Assembly (NCBI GenBank): GCA_041299705.1
Contig: JBGLNM010000001.1
Coordinates: 281,763 to 345,762 of the forward strand
From: Desulfobacterales bacterium
Lineage (GTDB): Bacteria; Desulfobacterota; Desulfobacteria; Desulfobacterales; JBGLNM01
Length of the DNA: 64,000 nucleotides
Direction of reading: 5' to 3'
The translations under genes and the position numbers were made by a program. Position 1 is the first letter of the stretch; each line of letters begins with the position of its first letter. Below the pieces are notes generated by a model that worked only from the letters and a program-made list of their open reading frames with translations, was not told where the DNA came from and ran no database searches. This document shows, piece after piece, positions 59,385 through 64,000 of this stretch.

Positions 59385-60809
59385 ATGACGGCAATTCCGC
59401 CCGGCCCGGCGGGCCTGATCGCCAACAAGCCCCTGGCCTGGCTCCTGGCCCTGACCGTGCCGCCGGCCTTCTTCCTTGCGGCCCTGCACCTGGGCGTCAC
59501 CCGCAGCACCGCCCTTTTCCTCTCCATTGTCAGCGTGACCCTCGTCCTGTGGATGTTTTCCCTGATGGCCGACTTCATCCCGGCCCTGATCGCCCTCCTC
59601 CTGCTGCTGCTCTTCGGCCTGGCGCCCGGCGAGGTGGTGCTGTCCGGTTTTTCCTCCGGCACCTTCCTCATCGCTTTCAGCGTGATGGGCCTGGGGGCGG
59701 TCATCACGGCTTCCGGGCTCGCGCGGCGCTACACCCTTTGGCTGCTCAAGACGATCCCGCCCTCCGCCGCCTCCTACCAGGCCGCGCTGTTCTTCACCGG
59801 CTTCGTGTTCAACCCCGTGGTCCCCGCCATCACCGGCCGGGCCGTGATCGTCGGCCCGATCCTGAACCACATCGTCCAGTCGCTGGATGAAAAGACCCGC
59901 CGGCAATCCTCCACCCTGCTTTACCTCGGCGGGCTGGACAGCCTCAATTACCTCTCCCCGGTCTTTTTGACCGCGGCCCCGGCCAACCTCATGCTCTTCG
60001 GCCTCTTCCCGCCCCAGGAGCAGCAGACCTTCCAGTTTCTCTTCTGGCTGTATGCGGCCTCCATCACCGGCGCGGTCATGCTGGTCCTCTACTTCGCCGC
60101 CTCCGCCGCCTTTTTCCGCCCCTTCGGCAGGGTCGAGGTCGACCGCCAGGCCGTCGAGCGGGCCTGGAAGGGGCTGGGAAAAATGAGCTGGCAGGAGCGG
60201 GCCGCCCTTTTCGGGATCGCCCTGCTGGCGGCAGGCGTGGCCACCGCCGGGCTGCACAAGATCCCCATCCCCCTGGTCACCTTCGGCGTGATCTGCTCCC
60301 TGCTGACGGTGGGGGCCCTGCCCAGGGAGGAGTTCGTGCGGGGGATCGACTGGGCCTTCCTGTTCCTGCTGGCCAGCATGATCGGCATCCTGGAGGGCAT
60401 GAAGTACCTGGGCCTCGACGCGCAGCTGGTCCAGCGCCTCGGCTGGCTGCAGGGCTACATGCGCCAGGACTTCGCGCTCTTCGTGCCGGTCCTGTCCGCC
60501 GCCATCCTCGTGGTGCGCCTGTTCGTCCCCCTCAACTCCGCCATCCTGATCTTTGCCGCGACCCTGATCCCCCTGGCGTCCGGGGCCGGGATCAGCCCCT
60601 GGGTGGTGGGCTTCGTGATCCTCATCATGGCGGAAACCGCCTTTTTCGGCTACCAGTCGCCCTATATCCTCTTTTTCAGAAACCTGACCGCGGCCTGGGT
60701 CCCCTACAACGAGACCCGGGTGCGGATGTTTCACGCCATCCTGGTGGCGGTGAAGCTGCTCGCCATCTACGCTTCCATCCCCTTCTGGCGGGCGATCGGG
60801 GTGCTATGA
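59385..60809 (+). CDS. SLC13/DASS (ion transporter superfamily) anion permease
   Basis: About 12 or more TM segments, SGFSS.TF, LTAAPANL, IDWAFLFL; AAGGAG RBS. Confidence 0.8.
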   Translation: MTAIPPGPAGLIANKPLAWLLALTVPPAFFLAALHLGVTRSTALFLSIVSVTLVLWMFSLMADFIPALIALLLLLLFGLAPGEVVLSGFSSGTFLIAFSVMGLGAVITASGLARRYTLWLLKTIPPSAASYQAALFFTGFVFNPVVPAITGRAVIVGPILNHIVQSLDEKTRRQSSTLLYLGGLDSLNYLSPVFLTAAPANLMLFGLFPPQEQQTFQFLFWLYAASITGAVMLVLYFAASAAFFRPFGRVEVDRQAVERAWKGLGKMSWQERAALFGIALLAAGVATAGLHKIPIPLVTFGVICSLLTVGALPREEFVRGIDWAFLFLLASMIGILEGMKYLGLDAQLVQRLGWLQGYMRQDFALFVPVLSAAILVVRLFVPLNSAILIFAATLIPLASGAGISPWVVGFVILIMAETAFFGYQSPYILFFRNLTAAWVPYNETRVRMFHAILVAVKLLAIYASIPFWRAIGVL

Positions 60810-61852
60810 GAAAGGAACGGCTCAGCCAAGCCCTGTGCCTGGTCTTCCTGGCGGCCATCCTGGTGGCCGGGGTGGCCTTCAATGCGTCCAAGCCCCGGGT
60901 GATGATCCTTCACAGCTACGACCCGGAGTATGCCTGGAGCCGGGACATCGACGTGGGGCTGCACCGCGTCGTCGACAAGTGGCACGACTGTTCCGTCTCG
61001 TGGCACTACATGGACACCAAGAAACACCCCGACCCGCAGTGGCTGCGGCGCGCGGGGATCATCGCCCGCAGGGCCGTCGCCCGCAACTCCCCGCACGTGC
61101 TCATCGCCGTCGACGACCTGGCCCAGGAACTGGCCGCCCGGCACTTCGTCGACGATCCGCGCATGGACATCGTTTTCGCCGGCGTCAACGCCGGCATCGA
61201 GCCCTACGGCTACCACCGGGCCGGCAACGTGACCGGGATCCTGGAGCACAAGGTTCTCAAGGCCGTGCAGGAAACCATCCTGGCCATCAGATCCCGGGGC
61301 CGCCCCCCCCTGGAAGCCCCCCGGATGCTCTACATCCTCGACACGTCCGAGTCGCTGCTCTCGGACCGGCGGCTGGTCGACGCCTTCGACTGGTCCCCCG
61401 TCGACTACCGGGGCTCCCACGTCGCCGGGAGCTTCGAACACTGGAAAGAGATCGTCCGGACCCACGGCCCCTCGGTGGATTACATCCTGGTGGCCAACTA
61501 CCGCAAGCTGCCGCGATCCGACGGCGACCCGACCCTCGCCGACCCCGGGGAGGTCATGGCCTGGACCGACCGCCATTCGCCCGCCCCGGTCATCGGCATC
61601 AACGCCTTCAACGTCGAGGACGGCGCCATGCTCGCGGTGGGGCCCTCGCCCTTCGAGCAGGGCGAGGTGGCCGCCACGCTGGCGCGGCGCATCATCGACG
61701 AGGGCATCCGCGGCGGCCGGATCCCCGTTCAGGAAAACAGGCAGTACATCGTGGCCATGCGCCAGGAGGCCATGAGCCGGCGCGGCCTGAGGCTGCCCAT
61801 GATCTACGAGGCCTACGCCTACTTCCTGAGCCTGACGCCGCAGGGCGACTAG
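60806..61852 (+). CDS. Exported ABC-substrate-binding-like protein, homologous to the sensor domain of 55738
   Basis: N-terminal anchor; VMILHSYDPEYAWS, IAVDD.A, IVFAGVN, SPFEQGE.A; ATGA overlap with the permease. Confidence 0.75.
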   Translation: MRKERLSQALCLVFLAAILVAGVAFNASKPRVMILHSYDPEYAWSRDIDVGLHRVVDKWHDCSVSWHYMDTKKHPDPQWLRRAGIIARRAVARNSPHVLIAVDDLAQELAARHFVDDPRMDIVFAGVNAGIEPYGYHRAGNVTGILEHKVLKAVQETILAIRSRGRPPLEAPRMLYILDTSESLLSDRRLVDAFDWSPVDYRGSHVAGSFEHWKEIVRTHGPSVDYILVANYRKLPRSDGDPTLADPGEVMAWTDRHSPAPVIGINAFNVEDGAMLAVGPSPFEQGEVAATLARRIIDEGIRGGRIPVQENRQYIVAMRQEAMSRRGLRLPMIYEAYAYFLSLTPQGD

Positions 61853-61875
61853 CCCCTGCGCGACGCCCCCAGGCC

Positions 61876-61905
61876 GGACATATAGGGGACGGACATATTG
61901 GGGAC
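61876..61905. repeat. 15-bp tandem duplication (GGACATAT(A/T)GGGGAC x2) followed by an AT-rich tract
   Basis: 61876-61890 and 61891-61905 differ at one position; located between convergent genes. Confidence 0.7.
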
Positions 61906-62049
61906 GTCCATTTATTATTCATTTAAACGGGTCTTTCGCGAGGGGACTCGGAATTCTTGCAGCGGGTGCCCGCGGCCCCTTGCAGCTCTCGCCCGCGCGG
62001 AGGGAGGCGGGAAAGGCGGCGCGGGCGCTTGCGCCCGCCCGGGAGCGCC

Positions 62050-63069
62050 TCACGCCAGCCTTGCGTCGAAGGGCGCCAGCCGTCGGAGCAGCTGCGCGGA
62101 CTCCTCGGCTTCGAAGTACGGGTAATCGATCAGCGCCTTCAGCTTGCCCCGGAACCCGGGGTAGGACCGGCGGGCGTCCGCGCCGTAGTAGAGGCGCCGG
62201 TGCCGGCCTTCCAGGGCGCGCACGAACCCCGCGTAGGACGGCAGCGCGCAGGGTCCGTCGCCGTGGCCGAACAGGTCGAGCAGCAGGCGTGTGAGCAGCA
62301 GGATGCAGCCCACGTCCTCGATGCGCCGGGAGGACCTCTCGAACTGCCGGTAGCGGGACACGACGTGGCCGAAGTGGACGATACTGCCGCCGGCATCCAG
62401 GCACCGGATGCGGCCGGGCGAAGTCCGGCGCTGGGCGTAGAGGAAGGTGTCCATCACGCAGCGTCTGCCGTCGATCACGTCCGCCCGCGGGCGCAGGTCG
62501 CTGGGGGAAAACGACCTGGCCCAGGCCACGTCGACCATCATCTCCCAGGTCGCCACCAGGTGGCCCGTTCCGGGCAGGCCGCTCCAGTCGTATCCGCTCC
62601 AGGGCCGCGCGATGCCGCACGCAGCCAGCCGATGCCGCATCTGCCGGTGGATGCCGCACAAAAAGTCCGGCTTTAAAGGGAAAAGGTCGACATCGTGAAG
62701 AAGGGCCGCCCGACTCGCGACGGACTCGATCGCGTTGACGATCTGGAGGAAGTGGATCGTGCTCGGCGAACCCAGCATCCGGCGCACCAGGCGATCCCGG
62801 GGCTTCATTCGAACCAGCCTCAGAGCGATGCCGCCGCGCGTGCGGGCCTTCCCGCGCACGTAACGCTCGAAACGCGGCAATACGGCGTCGGGGACGACCA
62901 GGATCTCACGCAGGCCGGCCTTCTCCTGCCGATCGAGCACCCGCAGGGAGAGGTCGAGCCAGCAGGGAAGATCCGGCGGGGTCAGGATGAGAAAGGCGTA
63001 GCCCCCCGCGGACAGGGGCGCAGGTTTCCGCCAGCGGGGGTATGCCAGCGACCAGAGCCTCTCCCTCAT
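62050..63069 (-). CDS. Hypothetical protein, possible GT-A glycosyltransferase-like fold
   Basis: ILVVPD, ALLHDVDLF (DxD-like). Confidence 0.5.
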   Translation of the reverse strand: MRERLWSLAYPRWRKPAPLSAGGYAFLILTPPDLPCWLDLSLRVLDRQEKAGLREILVVPDAVLPRFERYVRGKARTRGGIALRLVRMKPRDRLVRRMLGSPSTIHFLQIVNAIESVASRAALLHDVDLFPLKPDFLCGIHRQMRHRLAACGIARPWSGYDWSGLPGTGHLVATWEMMVDVAWARSFSPSDLRPRADVIDGRRCVMDTFLYAQRRTSPGRIRCLDAGGSIVHFGHVVSRYRQFERSSRRIEDVGCILLLTRLLLDLFGHGDGPCALPSYAGFVRALEGRHRRLYYGADARRSYPGFRGKLKALIDYPYFEAEESAQLLRRLAPFDARLA

Positions 63070-63108
63070 CCCTTACCTCCAGCGACCGGGTTTTTCCCGG
63101 AATCCGGG

Positions 63109-64000
63109 CTAGGCCAGGCCGGCCATGGGCAGCAGGATGTAAAGGCCGGCCCAGATGACCAGCGCGCCCAGGATGTCGAAGAAAATGCCGGCCCGGATCA
63201 TGGCCGTTATCGGCACCATCCCCGAGCCGTAGACAATCGCGTTGGGCGGCGTGGAGACCGGCAGCATGAAACCCCAGCTGGCTCCGAAGGTCGCACCGAT
63301 GGCCGGGGGGACGGGGTTGACGCCCGCCGCCTGGGCGAGGGCTATCATGACCGGGATGACCATGTTGGCCGAGGCGGTGTTGGAGGAGGTTTCACTGACG
63401 AGGATGGCGATGAATATCGCTCCCAGGGTGATGCCCCAGACCGAGGTCGCACCGCTCATCTTCAGGAGGCCGGCACCGATGGCCTCGGCCAGCCGGGTCT
63501 GGAACATCATCGAGCCGAGGGTGAGGCCGCCGCCGAAGAGCAGCAGGGTCCCCCAGTCGATCCTGGCCGCCTGTTTCCAGGAAATGGTGAACTCGCGCTT
63601 CTTCCAGTCCACGGGGAGCAGAAAGAGCAATGCGGCGCCGATGACGGCGGCAACCCCCTCCGGGATCCTGCTGCTGTAAGCCCCGGCCAGCGGCGACGCC
63701 TCCCCGTAAACGAGGGCCAGGATGCCGGGAACCAGCCAGAGGACCACGGTGACCAGGAAACAGAAAAGCGCATTCTTCTGCCCCCGCGTCCACTTGCCGA
63801 GCTGCGCGCGCTGCGCGGCCACGAACCCGGTGCCGCCCTCGACCCTGGCGACTTCGGGCCTGTGGAGGAAGTACATCAGGAAGTAAAGGAGCGCAAAGAG
63901 CAGGACCAGCAGCGGGAGGGAAAAGCTCATCCAGTGGAAAAATGCGATCTTTACGCCGCAGAGCTTCTCGATCATGGCGATGCCGATCAGGTTCGGCGGG
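63109..64000 (-). CDS. DASS/SLC13 sodium-coupled anion symporter; runs off the window end
   Basis: PPNLIG at the window edge, IDWGTLLLFGGG, ETSSNTAS, FMLPVSTPPNAIVYG. Confidence 0.9.
   Translation of the reverse strand, partial: PPNLIGIAMIEKLCGVKIAFFHWMSFSLPLLVLLFALLYFLMYFLHRPEVARVEGGTGFVAAQRAQLGKWTRGQKNALFCFLVTVVLWLVPGILALVYGEASPLAGAYSSRIPEGVAAVIGAALLFLLPVDWKKREFTISWKQAARIDWGTLLLFGGGLTLGSMMFQTRLAEAIGAGLLKMSGATSVWGITLGAIFIAILVSETSSNTASANMVIPVMIALAQAAGVNPVPPAIGATFGASWGFMLPVSTPPNAIVYGSGMVPITAMIRAGIFFDILGALVIWAGLYILLPMAGLA

Overview
GC-rich (roughly two-thirds G+C, judged by eye) bacterial DNA. The gene families (two DUF3786 proteins, DUF134/Mrp, CGGC domain, a divergent second DnaA, three SpoIIE phosphatases) suggest an anaerobic Desulfobacterota (Desulfobacterales-like) genome, probably a MAG; this is inference. 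The window is not one continuous locus. Recognisable genes are cut and abut unrelated genes with no N-gap at about 97, 3560, 6850, 17985, 26125, 29333, 33190, 48805 and 51640, and possibly 13290. One join carries an Illumina adapter remnant, so synteny holds only within segments. Most content is housekeeping and signalling: sucAB-lpdA, icd, ABC permeases, a copper-resistance cassette, cspA and sensor kinases/phosphatases. Best candidate for an undescribed system: a tightly coupled five-gene operon at 55738-61852 (ligand-binding SpoIIE phosphatase, comA-like phosphosulfolactate synthase, histidine phosphatase, SLC13/DASS anion transporter, second ligand-binding protein), which reads as a regulated sulfite-to-sulfolactate synthesis/transport module. 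Also notable are two giant incomplete PPDK/PEP-synthase-like proteins, a tagR/tagS(/tagT)-like T6SS signalling set, a plant-HPR1-like hydroxypyruvate reductase and a dispersed family of intergenic hexamer/heptamer repeats. No rRNA, tRNA, CRISPR array or transposase was recognised. Family assignments come from motif recognition and memory, not from database searches.
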